Counted from the first letter of the stretch, positions 38,408-47,873 are shown. The stretch: 64,000 nucleotides of DNA from Ignavibacteria bacterium (GCA_026415495.1 JAOAGZ010000002.1:4394-68393); one strand, 5' to 3'. A program made the numbers and translations. Notes: generated by a model not told the origin, from the sequence alone.

Positions 38408-39490
38408 TCAGTTAATTAGTTCACCTTGTTCATTATAAAAAAGAAGTTTGTCCTCGAGAAAAGAAATAAAAATGTCATCATTAATATTTATTGGATTTTC
38501 AATATTACTTTTGCAAGAATAAAGTGATTTTCCATATTCAAAATATAGATTTTTTTCATAACCTAAATTTTCAATATTGACAACTTTGCCTTTTATTGAA
38601 TTGCTATTCTGCATTTGAGAAACAGACAAATTTTCAGGTCTAATAGCAAGTGTAAACTTTTCTGGCAATTTACGTTTTGTTTGAATATTAATCATTTCGC
38701 CGTTAGTTAGAGAAAATGAGGTGCAAGAATCGTTCTGTTCGAGAAGTTTGCAGTCGAAAAAATTAATTGGAGTAGAACCAATAAAACTTGCAACAAATTT
38801 ATTTTTTGGTAAATTATAGATTTCTTCAGGTGAGCCAATTTGTTGGATTTTGCCATTATTAAGAATAATAATTTTGGTTGCCATAGTCATTGCTTCGATC
38901 TGGTCGTGAGTAACGTAGATAGAAATTGCGTTCAAAGAACGGTGTAGTTTTGTTATTTCTGTTCTCATTTCAACGCGTAATTTAGCATCTAAATTAGACA
39001 GAGGTTCGTCGAAGAGCAGAATTCGAGGCTGTCGAATTAATGCACGACCAAGAGCAACTCTTTGGCGTTGTCCACCAGAAAGTTCCTTAGGTTTTTTATA
39101 CAGGCAATCACTAATTTGGAGAAGCTCAGAAATTTTTTCGACATTCGATTTGATTTGAAATTTTTTAATTTTTTGAATTTGCAATGGAAAAGCTAAGTTC
39201 TCGAAAACAGTTAAATGTGGATAAAGAGCGTAATTTTGAAAAACCATTCCAATGTTTCTATCTTTAGGAGACAAATTATTGATAATTTTGGTGTCAAGAT
39301 AAATTTCCCCATTGGAAATGTCTTCCAAACCGGCAATCATTCTCAAAATAGTAGTTTTACCACACCCAGATGGACCAACCAGAACAACGAATTCACCTTC
39401 AGCAACTTCGAAGGAAATATTTTCAACTGCTTTGGTGCCGTTGGGATATACTTTTTCAATATTTAATAATTTTAAATGAGCCATACCCAC
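38408..39490 (-). CDS. ABC transporter ATP-binding protein, MalK/UgpC/MsiK type with a C-terminal regulatory (TOBE-like) domain
   Basis: 360 aa. It has Walker A (GPSGCGKTT), the signature LSGGQRQR, Walker B (LLFDEPLS) and a FVASFIGSTPINF linker. An alternative start lies at 39484. Confidence 0.9.
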   Translation of the reverse strand: MGMAHLKLLNIEKVYPNGTKAVENISFEVAEGEFVVLVGPSGCGKTTILRMIAGLEDISNGEIYLDTKIINNLSPKDRNIGMVFQNYALYPHLTVFENLAFPLQIQKIKKFQIKSNVEKISELLQISDCLYKKPKELSGGQRQRVALGRALIRQPRILLFDEPLSNLDAKLRVEMRTEITKLHRSLNAISIYVTHDQIEAMTMATKIIILNNGKIQQIGSPEEIYNLPKNKFVASFIGSTPINFFDCKLLEQNDSCTSFSLTNGEMINIQTKRKLPEKFTLAIRPENLSVSQMQNSNSIKGKVVNIENLGYEKNLYFEYGKSLYSCKSNIENPININDDIFISFLEDKLLFYNEQGELIN

Positions 39491-39600
39491 AAATAATAAA
39501 AAACAAATTTATTTATTTTTCATAGAATTTCATAAGAAAAGTATTTTTTTGTTAATTTTGGTATCAATTTTGAGAATTCTAAATAAAAAGGGACAGGCAA

Positions 39601-40536
39601 TTGAAACAGTTGGAATTATTTAACAAGCTATCTGCACTTGAAACAGAACAGATAAATCCGAACACAACTGAAATTGATATAATTTCAATTGAGGAAACAA
39701 TTAGATTAATCAATAATGAAGACAAAAAAGTTGCATTTGAAATAGAAAAGGTTATCCCGGAAATTGCATTAGCCGTAGAAACGATAAAAAACGCTTTTTC
39801 AGCTGGTGGAAGATTGTTTTATTTTGGTGCCGGGACAAGCGGCAGACTTGGAATACTTGATGCTGCTGAATGCCCGCCGACATTTGGGACCTCCCCGGAA
39901 ATGGTTGTAGGAATAATTGCTGGAGGCAAAGAAGCAGTATTTGTTGCACAGGAAGGTGCAGAAGATAAACCAGAAAATGGTGCAACTGATGTCGAAAAAC
40001 ATAACGTTTGCGAAAAAGATGTAGTATGTGGAATTGCGGCATCGGGAAGAACGCCTTATGTTGTAGGTGCATTGAAAAAAGCAAAAGAAATCGGATGCAG
40101 AACAATATTAGTTTCGACAGTGAGCAAAGAAACAGCGATAAACAATGGAGCGATTGCCGATATTATGATTTGCGTGCCACTTGGTCCGGAAGTTATTGCC
40201 GGTTCGACACGTATGAAAAGCGGAACAGCCCAAAAAATGATATTAAATATGCTCACAACAGCAAGTATGGTGCATATTGGCAAAACGTACGGAAATATTA
40301 TGATTGATTTGAAACCTACAAATATCAAGCTACAAGAAAGAGCAAAAAGAATAGTAATGAAATTAACAGGTGTTGATTATAATGTTGCCGAAGAATTTCT
40401 ACTGATTACTAATTGGAGTGTAAAACATACTTTGCTTATGATATTAGGTGAAATAACATTCGAAGAGGCTGATAAATTATTGAAAAATTCTAATGGAAAA
40501 GTTCGATTAGCATTAGAAAAGGTATTACAAAAATAG
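39601..40536 (+). CDS. murQ: N-acetylmuramic acid 6-phosphate etherase
   Basis: 311 aa with a TTG start. It has a SIS domain (GAGTSGRLGILDAAECPPTFG) and GSTRMKSGTAQK. Confidence 0.9.
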   Translation: MKQLELFNKLSALETEQINPNTTEIDIISIEETIRLINNEDKKVAFEIEKVIPEIALAVETIKNAFSAGGRLFYFGAGTSGRLGILDAAECPPTFGTSPEMVVGIIAGGKEAVFVAQEGAEDKPENGATDVEKHNVCEKDVVCGIAASGRTPYVVGALKKAKEIGCRTILVSTVSKETAINNGAIADIMICVPLGPEVIAGSTRMKSGTAQKMILNMLTTASMVHIGKTYGNIMIDLKPTNIKLQERAKRIVMKLTGVDYNVAEEFLLITNWSVKHTLLMILGEITFEEADKLLKNSNGKVRLALEKVLQK

Positions 40537-40551
40537 TGTAACTTGAAATTA

Positions 40552-40585
40552 AACAAAAAAAGATGTTGCTAATTATAGCAACATC
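40552..40585 (-). terminator. Rho-independent terminator of the dnaX-bcp-tatD array
   Basis: On the minus strand, GATGTTGCT-ATAATT-AGCAACATC is followed by TTTTTTTGTTT. Confidence 0.6.
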
Positions 40586-40619
40586 ATTAATGATTAATGA
40601 AAAATTATTGATGACTAAA

Positions 40620-42095
40620 TTAAAACTTTGGATACCATAGAATTGATAATCGCGGAATTGAGTAAAATGTTGAAATATCAGTTTTTCTATTATGATTTGG
40701 TTGCTTTGGATCAATTCTTGGATCAAATTCAAGGTTAGTTTTTTGCAAAGCGAAATTAAGTTTCCATTCAAGCATAAAGCACAATATCCCAGCATTATTT
40801 AAGTCAATATTTACATTGAACCCTAAACCTGTATTTGCTGCTAACTTATTATCATTTTCATATTCTTTACGTCCAAGAGGAAATTCATCAGAATAAATTC
40901 TACGTCCATATTTATTAATCAAGTAAGATAATCCGAGAATACCGTAAAAATTGACACGTCCATAAGGATTAGGAGAGATGAAGGAGGAAAATTCAATTGC
41001 GTGATGATGATTTGGATCAACTTTATATTTCTCAACATATTGAGTACTTTTAGAATAATGATAAGAGGCGGCAAGAGTTAAATATTTGAGAACTCTGTAG
41101 CTTGTAATAAATCCATAAGCAACTAAACCATCATAAGAAATATCTTGCCCGTCATCGTAAGTTTCCACAATTGTATTAGTTCCAAGCATAGGACCAAAAC
41201 CAAAGGTGCGAGGATATAAATCGTAATGATCTTCTTTTGATGAATATTCTTCGAAATCATCATCATACACAGTAGTTCGAGATTGAGCGAAAACTGTTGA
41301 TGATAAAATAAATAGAGAAATCAACAATATTGACAAATGAAAGAGCTTTTTAGCATTTTTAGTAGTCATCGAAATAACCTCATTTATTGGGATAGACTTT
41401 ATTTCAGATATTTTTTGAGCAATTAGTTTAAGAAATTTTGGTTCATTACGTTTGCCTCGATGTGGGATTGGTGCCATCCAAGGTGCATCAGTTTCCAGCA
41501 GTAGGTTCTCGATTGGTGTTTGCCGGACAACTTCTGTTAGTTGAGAGGCATTTTTAAATGTAATATTTCCAGTAAAAGACACGAAAAAACCTAAATCAAC
41601 AGCTTGACGCATCATTTCAACATCGCCGGAAAAACAATGCAGAACACCTCTTAAATTACCGTCTTGACTTTGTTTAAGAATTTGCATTAAATCACTATCG
41701 CTTTCGCGGTTATGAACAATAATTGGTAAATCTAAGTTTTTAGCGATAGCAATTTGGTCAGCAAAGCATTTTTTTTGAATATCTACAGGAGAAAAGTCGT
41801 AATAATAATCTAATCCAATTTCACCAATTGCAACAGTTTTATCATTTTCCTGGGCAATTTGTTCAATTTCGGTTAGCACTTGCTGATTAAGCTCAAATGA
41901 GTTATGCGGATGCACTCCAATACCGTTAAAAAGGCAATCATAGCTGGAAACAACTTTTAACAATGAAGTAAAAGTTTTTGGTTCGATGGCAGGAACGATA
42001 ATACATTCGACACCATCAGCAATTGATTGATTGATAACGACATCCCGGTCCTTGTCAAATCTTTCTGTATCTATATGACAATGAGTATCAATCAT
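40620..42095 (-). CDS. TatD-family metal-dependent hydrolase continuing in-frame into a signal-peptide-bearing beta-barrel-like domain
   Basis: 491 aa. Residues 1-254 are a complete TatD (MIDTHCHID…EIGLDYYYD…HCFSG…ETDAPW…TTKNAKKLFHL). Then come the hydrophobic SILLISLFILSSTVFA/QS and ~220 aa of strand-like sequence ending …LSILWYPKF. An internal ATG (M243, 41369) has GAGG 8 nt upstream. Confidence 0.8.
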   Translation of the reverse strand: MIDTHCHIDTERFDKDRDVVINQSIADGVECIIVPAIEPKTFTSLLKVVSSYDCLFNGIGVHPHNSFELNQQVLTEIEQIAQENDKTVAIGEIGLDYYYDFSPVDIQKKCFADQIAIAKNLDLPIIVHNRESDSDLMQILKQSQDGNLRGVLHCFSGDVEMMRQAVDLGFFVSFTGNITFKNASQLTEVVRQTPIENLLLETDAPWMAPIPHRGKRNEPKFLKLIAQKISEIKSIPINEVISMTTKNAKKLFHLSILLISLFILSSTVFAQSRTTVYDDDFEEYSSKEDHYDLYPRTFGFGPMLGTNTIVETYDDGQDISYDGLVAYGFITSYRVLKYLTLAASYHYSKSTQYVEKYKVDPNHHHAIEFSSFISPNPYGRVNFYGILGLSYLINKYGRRIYSDEFPLGRKEYENDNKLAANTGLGFNVNIDLNNAGILCFMLEWKLNFALQKTNLEFDPRIDPKQPNHNRKTDISTFYSIPRLSILWYPKF

Positions 42096-42558
42096 TTTGC
42101 AACTTTTTTAGTTCTTCAATAATTTGTTGTGCATGATTTTCGGGTTTAACTTTGTAGTTAGCGTATTTAATCAAGCCATCGGGCGAAATAATAAAAGTGG
42201 AGCGAATTACTCCTATATATTTTTTGCCATACATCGATTTTTCACCCAAAGCATAAAATTTTTGACAAATTTCTTTAGTTTCGTCGCTAATCAAATAAAA
42301 ATTTAAGTTGAATTTTTCGATAAACTTCTTGTGAGATGATGGGCTATCGGGGCTGATGCCAATAACAACAGCACCAAGCTTGGTAATATCCTCCATAGAA
42401 TCGCGGAATGAACAGGCTTCTTTTGTGCAACCCGAAGTGTTATCTTTTGGATAGAAATAGACAACAAGCCATTTCCCAGCGAAATCTTTGTTGCTGATAA
42501 TTTCGCCGTTAGCAGTTTGTCCGCTAAAATCGGGTGATTTATCGTTAATTTTTAGCAT
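42088..42558 (-). CDS. bcp: Thioredoxin-dependent thiol peroxidase (peroxiredoxin Bcp)
   Basis: 156 aa. YFYPKDNTSGCTKEAC is the Bcp active-site motif. It overlaps the tatD start by 8 nt. Confidence 0.9.
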   Translation of the reverse strand: MLKINDKSPDFSGQTANGEIISNKDFAGKWLVVYFYPKDNTSGCTKEACSFRDSMEDITKLGAVVIGISPDSPSSHKKFIEKFNLNFYLISDETKEICQKFYALGEKSMYGKKYIGVIRSTFIISPDGLIKYANYKVKPENHAQQIIEELKKLQND

Positions 42559-42566
42559 AAATACTC

Positions 42567-44183
42567 CTATTTAATTTCAACTGCACCAAATAAGTCAATA
42601 ATTTTCTTTTCAACGGGATGTTTTTCTTTATCATCTGTTTTACTGTTTTGTGAGGACGATTTTTCTTGGGTTTCCGTGTTGCTTTCTTCAATAATATGTT
42701 TTTGAGCAACTTCGAGCGTAATATTGTCAATCAAAACGAATTCAGATAAGTATTTTTGCAACAGGCTTACATTTTTCTTTAATGCTTGGGAAATGATTTT
42801 GTTTTCGTGCTTAATTGAAAGTATATTATTATTTAATTCAATATCGCAATTGTTTAATTCAGCAAAAATTGGGTTAAGTTTTGAAATTTCCTCAATAATT
42901 GAACTATTATTGACTAAAAATTGTTGAACAGAAATTTTTTCAGTAGCAGTATTTTGAGTTTCTGGAATATCGACTGATGATTTAGTATTTTCGATAGGTG
43001 TAGGATTTTCAATTGTAGAATAAACAACATAATTACCTGTCTTAATTTGTCTGATTTCTTCAATTAATGACTTCAAATCAATTGCTTTATCCATTTCAGC
43101 CATATTTATTAGTGCGATTTCAAATCGGACACGAGGTTGGGGCAAATATTTAATAGCTTGCTCAGTATTATTAATTATATGAATGTAACGCAAAATATCT
43201 GACTTAGTAAGTTTCTTAGAAATATCAAGATATTTTTTTTCGAATTCTTTGCTTGTATTGAGCAACTTGGTATTTTTTGTGATAATAACAGTTAAGATAT
43301 TGCGAAAATGTTCGAGCAATCCACTGAGAACTTCCTGAATTTCGTAACCTTGAGATATGACGATTTGAGAGAGTTCAAAAACTTTGGCTGAATCTTTGTT
43401 TGAAATAGCTTCCGACAATTGAAAAAAGAAATCTTCATCGAGTAGATGAAGAGATTTTGCCATTTCGCTGTAATTAACATTCTTACCACAAAGAGCAATA
43501 ACCTGGTCGAAAATACTCTGGGAATCGCGCATAGAGCCATCGGCTTTTTTGGCAATAGTGATAAGAGATTCTTCATCAATATTTATTTCTTCTTTTTGGG
43601 CAATGTTTCTAAGTTGATAAACAATATCGGGAATTTCCATACGGCGAAAATCGAAACGCTGGCAGCGACTAATGATGGTAGCTGGGACTTTATGAGCTTC
43701 GGTGGTGGCAAATACAAACAATAAATGAGATGGCGGCTCCTCCAATATTTTAAGAAGTGCGTTGAATGCAGAAGTGGACAACATATGAACTTCGTCGATA
43801 ATATACATTTTGTATTTGCCTTGCGACGGAGGGTATTTGGCGTTTTCACGAAGAGTTCGGACATCATCAACGCTATTGTTGGAAGCACCGTCAATTTCAA
43901 TAATATCAATGGAACGGTTATTCAATGCTGCTTCGCAATTTGTGCATTGATTGCAAGGTTCATAATCAACTGGTTGCAAACAATTTACGGCACGAGCTAA
44001 AATGCGGGCAGTAGTGGTCTTCCCTACTCCACGGGGTCCGCAGAATAGATAGGCGTGATGAATTCTACCTGTTTTGATGGCATTTTTTAGAGTTGTTGTA
44101 ATATGCTCTTGCCCGACAACACTACTGAAAGTGAGGGGACGCCATTTTCTTGCAGTTACAATAAATTCTTTATTGCTACTCAT
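42567..44183 (-). CDS. dnaX: DNA polymerase III subunits gamma/tau
   Basis: 538 aa. It has ARKWRPLTFSSVVGQEH, GPRGVGKTT, a Zn module (CxxCxxC), DEVHML and SRCQRF. Confidence 0.95.
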   Translation of the reverse strand: MSSNKEFIVTARKWRPLTFSSVVGQEHITTTLKNAIKTGRIHHAYLFCGPRGVGKTTTARILARAVNCLQPVDYEPCNQCTNCEAALNNRSIDIIEIDGASNNSVDDVRTLRENAKYPPSQGKYKMYIIDEVHMLSTSAFNALLKILEEPPSHLLFVFATTEAHKVPATIISRCQRFDFRRMEIPDIVYQLRNIAQKEEINIDEESLITIAKKADGSMRDSQSIFDQVIALCGKNVNYSEMAKSLHLLDEDFFFQLSEAISNKDSAKVFELSQIVISQGYEIQEVLSGLLEHFRNILTVIITKNTKLLNTSKEFEKKYLDISKKLTKSDILRYIHIINNTEQAIKYLPQPRVRFEIALINMAEMDKAIDLKSLIEEIRQIKTGNYVVYSTIENPTPIENTKSSVDIPETQNTATEKISVQQFLVNNSSIIEEISKLNPIFAELNNCDIELNNNILSIKHENKIISQALKKNVSLLQKYLSEFVLIDNITLEVAQKHIIEESNTETQEKSSSQNSKTDDKEKHPVEKKIIDLFGAVEIK

Positions 44184-44266
44184 ACTATGCTACCAGATGA
44201 AAATTACTTTTGCAATTTATAAAAAAAACATTTAACAAAAATTAAATTTATCAAGACAGTGCAATA

Positions 44267-45451
44267 TTATAATAATTCCATAGCCGCACTCACCATTGCA
44301 AGCATACCAGTCTTCATAGCTTGTTCGTCCGGATTGAGCTTGGAGTTGTGCAATGGAACAACCTCACTATCCACAGATTGTTTAACACCAAGGAACCAGA
44401 AAACAGACGGAATCTCGCGAGCGAAATAAGCAAAGTCTTCTGCCCACATTTTGGGCTCAAAACTATGGACATTATTAACGCCAAGTGCTTGATTTGCAAT
44501 ATCCTTAAATTTCTCCACCAATTCTGAATTGTTTATCAAAGCTGGAAATCCTTTCCGAACTTCAACATCGCATTTTACATCAAATAGCGAAGCTATCTGA
44601 CGCGAATTGTTCTCAATTAATTTATGGAGTTTTGAACGGAGCGACTCATCAAAAGTGCGTAAGGTGCCTTGCATAGAAGCAAATTCAGGAAATATGTTTG
44701 TAGCTTTGCCACCAATAACAGATGTAACAGAAAGAACAGCAGGAGAAAAAGGATTTTTGTTTTTATTTAGCATAGCTTGCAAATGAATAATCAAATGAGC
44801 AGCAACGATAAGAGGATCGTTTCCCATATGAGGTTGAGCTGCGTGTGAACCTTTGCCATACAAATTCCAATAAAGTTCATCAGCAGCAGCCATAACCGGA
44901 CCGGCAGATACTGCAATTTCGCCGGTGTTCAACTCAGGATAAATATGTTGTCCGAAAACATACTTTGGGCGAGGATTATCAAGAACACCAGCTTTAATCA
45001 TTTTCAGAGCACCGCCGGGGATTAATTCCTCAGATGGCTGAAAAATCAGTTTGATAGTTCCGTTCAGATGTTCTTCAAATTTTTTTAATATTATTGCTGA
45101 GCCAAGAAGGATAGCAGTGTGGAAGTCGTGCCCACAAGCATGCATAATTCCGGGATTTTGTGAGGCGAAAGGCAATCCAGTTTCTTCTTTAATAGGAAGT
45201 GCATCAATATCTGCTCGCAATGCAATACAATTATCGCCATTACCAATAATACCGACTGCACCGGTTTCTGTAATTCGCTTATATTCAATATTATTTTCTT
45301 TTAAAATACTAATAATAAATTCAGTAGTAGCAAATTCCTTGTTTGATAATTCAGGATTTTGGTGAATTTTTCTGCGAAAATCAACAACCTGTTGATAAAT
45401 TTCTTCGACCTGATTTCTAATTTCAATAACTGAAGGTTTCATAACAATCAA
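44267..45451 (-). CDS. M20-family amidohydrolase (N-acyl-amino acid amidohydrolase/hippurate hydrolase type)
   Basis: 394 aa. It has MHACGHDFH and the general M20D layout. An alternative start lies at 45442. Confidence 0.9.
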   Translation of the reverse strand: MIVMKPSVIEIRNQVEEIYQQVVDFRRKIHQNPELSNKEFATTEFIISILKENNIEYKRITETGAVGIIGNGDNCIALRADIDALPIKEETGLPFASQNPGIMHACGHDFHTAILLGSAIILKKFEEHLNGTIKLIFQPSEELIPGGALKMIKAGVLDNPRPKYVFGQHIYPELNTGEIAVSAGPVMAAADELYWNLYGKGSHAAQPHMGNDPLIVAAHLIIHLQAMLNKNKNPFSPAVLSVTSVIGGKATNIFPEFASMQGTLRTFDESLRSKLHKLIENNSRQIASLFDVKCDVEVRKGFPALINNSELVEKFKDIANQALGVNNVHSFEPKMWAEDFAYFAREIPSVFWFLGVKQSVDSEVVPLHNSKLNPDEQAMKTGMLAMVSAAMELL

Positions 45452-45454
45452 AAA

Positions 45455-46549
45455 TTAATTGATACATTTTAGTTTAATTGTGATTTTAGTATATTTATTT
45501 AATTCACTTTCAATATTAAAAGTGCCCTCATAAATTTTAACTAAACGTTGAATAATAGCAAGTCCGAGTCCTAAGCCTTGTTGTTCATAGAACTCTCGTT
45601 TAAATTGCTTCATAGCACTTAATTGCTTAATTTCAGAGTTGCTCAGACCTCTTCCGTTGTCGGAACATTCTAAAACATATTCGTTCCCAACTACTAATCC
45701 GGAAATTGATATATGAGTTTGTTCATTTGAGAATTTAACAGCATTTTCAAGCAATTCTTTAATAATGAAATTTAAATGTTCTTCATATATTTTAATGTTG
45801 CTATTTTCGAAATTGTAAGAGATAATGTGATTTTTCCCTTTAGTATTAATAAAATCCTGGATTAGATTTTCAATTCTATTTTTGGGGAGAAAAGCAATAG
45901 CATTACGAGCAGTAACAAGTTTATCAACATCGGCAAGTATAATTTCTGTATCAACAAAAAGTAAATATCGCATAATTAGTTCATTTAATCTATTGGCTGC
46001 TTGATATAATATTTTGTGAAATTCATTTAACTCGTTCTGAGATAAAGTATTGCCAAATTTCACCAAATAATCAGCAGAACCAATAATTCCATTCAATGGA
46101 GTACGAAGTTCGTGTGGTAATGAACTTGCGAGATTGAGGCTTAACTGTTTTATAGAATTTTCAGAAATGTATTTAACGTCCTTAGTTTTTTTGAGCAGAT
46201 TATCAATTTTTATCCATAATGCTTCGGGAGAAAAAGGCTTAGAAAGGAAATCATCGGCGCCAATATTAATGCTCTCTTGCATTTGTTTCTTATTTTCAAT
46301 AGTTGAAACTATTATAATTGGGATACTAATTGTATTAATTGAGCCCCTTAGTTTTTTTATCAGTTCAAAACCATTAAGTTCAGGCATCATCAAATCGCAA
46401 ACAATTAAATCTGGTTTGGCTTCCGATGCAATTTTTAGCCCTGATTTGCCATCGGTAGCAGTAATTACATTAAAACCGGTAGCAACCAGAACATCTTTTA
46501 CATTTCTTAATATAAGTTTATCGTCATCTATGACTAATATTGTTTTCAT
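45455..46549 (-). CDS. Soluble hybrid response-regulator/histidine kinase (REC-HisKA-HATPase)
   Basis: 364 aa. It has an N-terminal receiver (ILVIDDD…DLIVCDLMMP…KP), an H-box (SLPHELRTPLNGI), an N-box and a G-box (DNGRGL…GLGLGLAI). No TM segment or sensor domain is evident. Confidence 0.85.
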   Translation of the reverse strand: MKTILVIDDDKLILRNVKDVLVATGFNVITATDGKSGLKIASEAKPDLIVCDLMMPELNGFELIKKLRGSINTISIPIIIVSTIENKKQMQESINIGADDFLSKPFSPEALWIKIDNLLKKTKDVKYISENSIKQLSLNLASSLPHELRTPLNGIIGSADYLVKFGNTLSQNELNEFHKILYQAANRLNELIMRYLLFVDTEIILADVDKLVTARNAIAFLPKNRIENLIQDFINTKGKNHIISYNFENSNIKIYEEHLNFIIKELLENAVKFSNEQTHISISGLVVGNEYVLECSDNGRGLSNSEIKQLSAMKQFKREFYEQQGLGLGLAIIQRLVKIYEGTFNIESELNKYTKITIKLKCIN

Positions 46550-46550
46550 A

Positions 46551-47231
46551 TTATTTTTCTAATAAATAAATATATGCTATTCCAAATGTCAGGCTGTAAT
46601 AACTCATTTTTTTAAAATTAGCAGATTTTCGAGCTATATCAAGGAAATTATTTCTACAAGGAAACAATCCCGCAGTTGTTGGCAAATAAGTGTAGGCTTC
46701 TTTTGAACTTGCAATAATTTTGCCAATAAATGGCATAAAATATTTAGAATAAATATTATAGATAAACCTAAAAAATGGATTTTCAGGTTGTCCAAATTCC
46801 AAAATTATGGCTTTGCCTTGTGGTTTAAGAATGCGAAACATTTCAGCGATTGATTTATTAACATCATCGACATTTCTAATACCAAAACCAATTGAAACAA
46901 TGTCGAAAGAAGCATCTTCAAAAGGCAAATTCAGAGCATCACCCTGAATGAATTGAACCGCACTATTACGTTTATTTGCTTTTTGACGAGCAATTTCGAG
47001 CATTTCTTCGCAAAAATCTATACCAATAATATTAGATGAAAAAGATTCGAATTCAAAGGCAAAATCACCAGTGCCACAAGCAATATCAAGGACTTTTGAA
47101 TTATTATCAGGAGAAGCTAATTGAACAGATTTTCGTCTCCATTTTTTGTGAATACCTAAAGAAAGAATGTCGTTAAGTAAGTCGTACTTTTTAGAGATAG
47201 AGGCAAACATATTTTGAACGAATTGGCTCAT
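46551..47231 (-). CDS. ubiE: Demethylmenaquinone/ubiquinone C-methyltransferase
   Basis: 226 aa. It has YDLLNDILSLGIHKKWRR and the SAM motif VLDIACGTGD. Confidence 0.9.
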   Translation of the reverse strand: MSQFVQNMFASISKKYDLLNDILSLGIHKKWRRKSVQLASPDNNSKVLDIACGTGDFAFEFESFSSNIIGIDFCEEMLEIARQKANKRNSAVQFIQGDALNLPFEDASFDIVSIGFGIRNVDDVNKSIAEMFRILKPQGKAIILEFGQPENPFFRFIYNIYSKYFMPFIGKIIASSKEAYTYLPTTAGLFPCRNNFLDIARKSANFKKMSYYSLTFGIAYIYLLEK

Positions 47232-47857
47232 TTATTGGCTCGCTCGATAATTTTAAGAATTCGTAGAGCTTCATCCTGAAGATTGTCTTGATTAGCATTC
47301 AAAGCGATATAATTCTCAAGGTCAATTTTTGCAAGTGGGAATTTATTAGCCATATAGTATGCAATTCCTCTGCCATAATATGCAAGTCCGAAAGAAGGCT
47401 CCAATTCAATTACACGGGAGTAGTCACTTATTGCTTCGTTGTCCATTTGTGCGAAGTAATAAGCATTTGCACGAGAATAGAGATATTTTGTATTGTTCGG
47501 ATTAATACTAAGAGCATCAGAAAAGTAATTAATAGCATTTTTGTAATCGTTCAGTTCAATGGAATTGAGTCCAGCAAGAAAATAAGCATCGTGGTATTTG
47601 TCGTCTAAAGCGATGGCTTTTTTGCAATCTTCAAGAGATTTGCTATAATCTTTTAACTTATAGCTGGCAATTGCGCGCCCATAGAACGCAGGTGCATATT
47701 TCTGGTTGGTGGAAAGAAACTTGTTATATAAATTAAAAGCTGCTGAATAATCACCGCTACGCAACGCATTCAGACCAGCAGTAATTTCAGTATCCTGTGC
47801 AAAAATAGCATTTCCGAGAGAAATTGCCCAAAAGATAACAAATAATAATTTTTTCAT
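47228..47857 (-). CDS. Secreted tetratricopeptide-repeat protein
   Basis: 209 aa with a signal peptide and about five TPR units (…AYFLAGLNSIELNDYKNAINYFSDALSINPNN…). Confidence 0.75.
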   Translation of the reverse strand: MKKLLFVIFWAISLGNAIFAQDTEITAGLNALRSGDYSAAFNLYNKFLSTNQKYAPAFYGRAIASYKLKDYSKSLEDCKKAIALDDKYHDAYFLAGLNSIELNDYKNAINYFSDALSINPNNTKYLYSRANAYYFAQMDNEAISDYSRVIELEPSFGLAYYGRGIAYYMANKFPLAKIDLENYIALNANQDNLQDEALRILKIIERANK

Positions 47858-47873
47858 AATTGACCTATTTATT

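Noticed and set aside
43225-43241. dnaX contains an A8 run (GAA AAA AAA TAT on the minus strand). It forms an A-AAA-AAA slippery heptamer, and a -1 shift would hit TGA after two codons, resembling the E. coli gamma-subunit frameshift.
   Set aside because: The site lies at about residues 316-317 of 538. By alignment to E. coli DnaX this is inside clamp-loader domain III, so a truncated product would lack part of the oligomerisation domain. Out-of-frame stops are very frequent in AT-rich DNA. No downstream stem-loop or upstream SD-like stimulator was seen.
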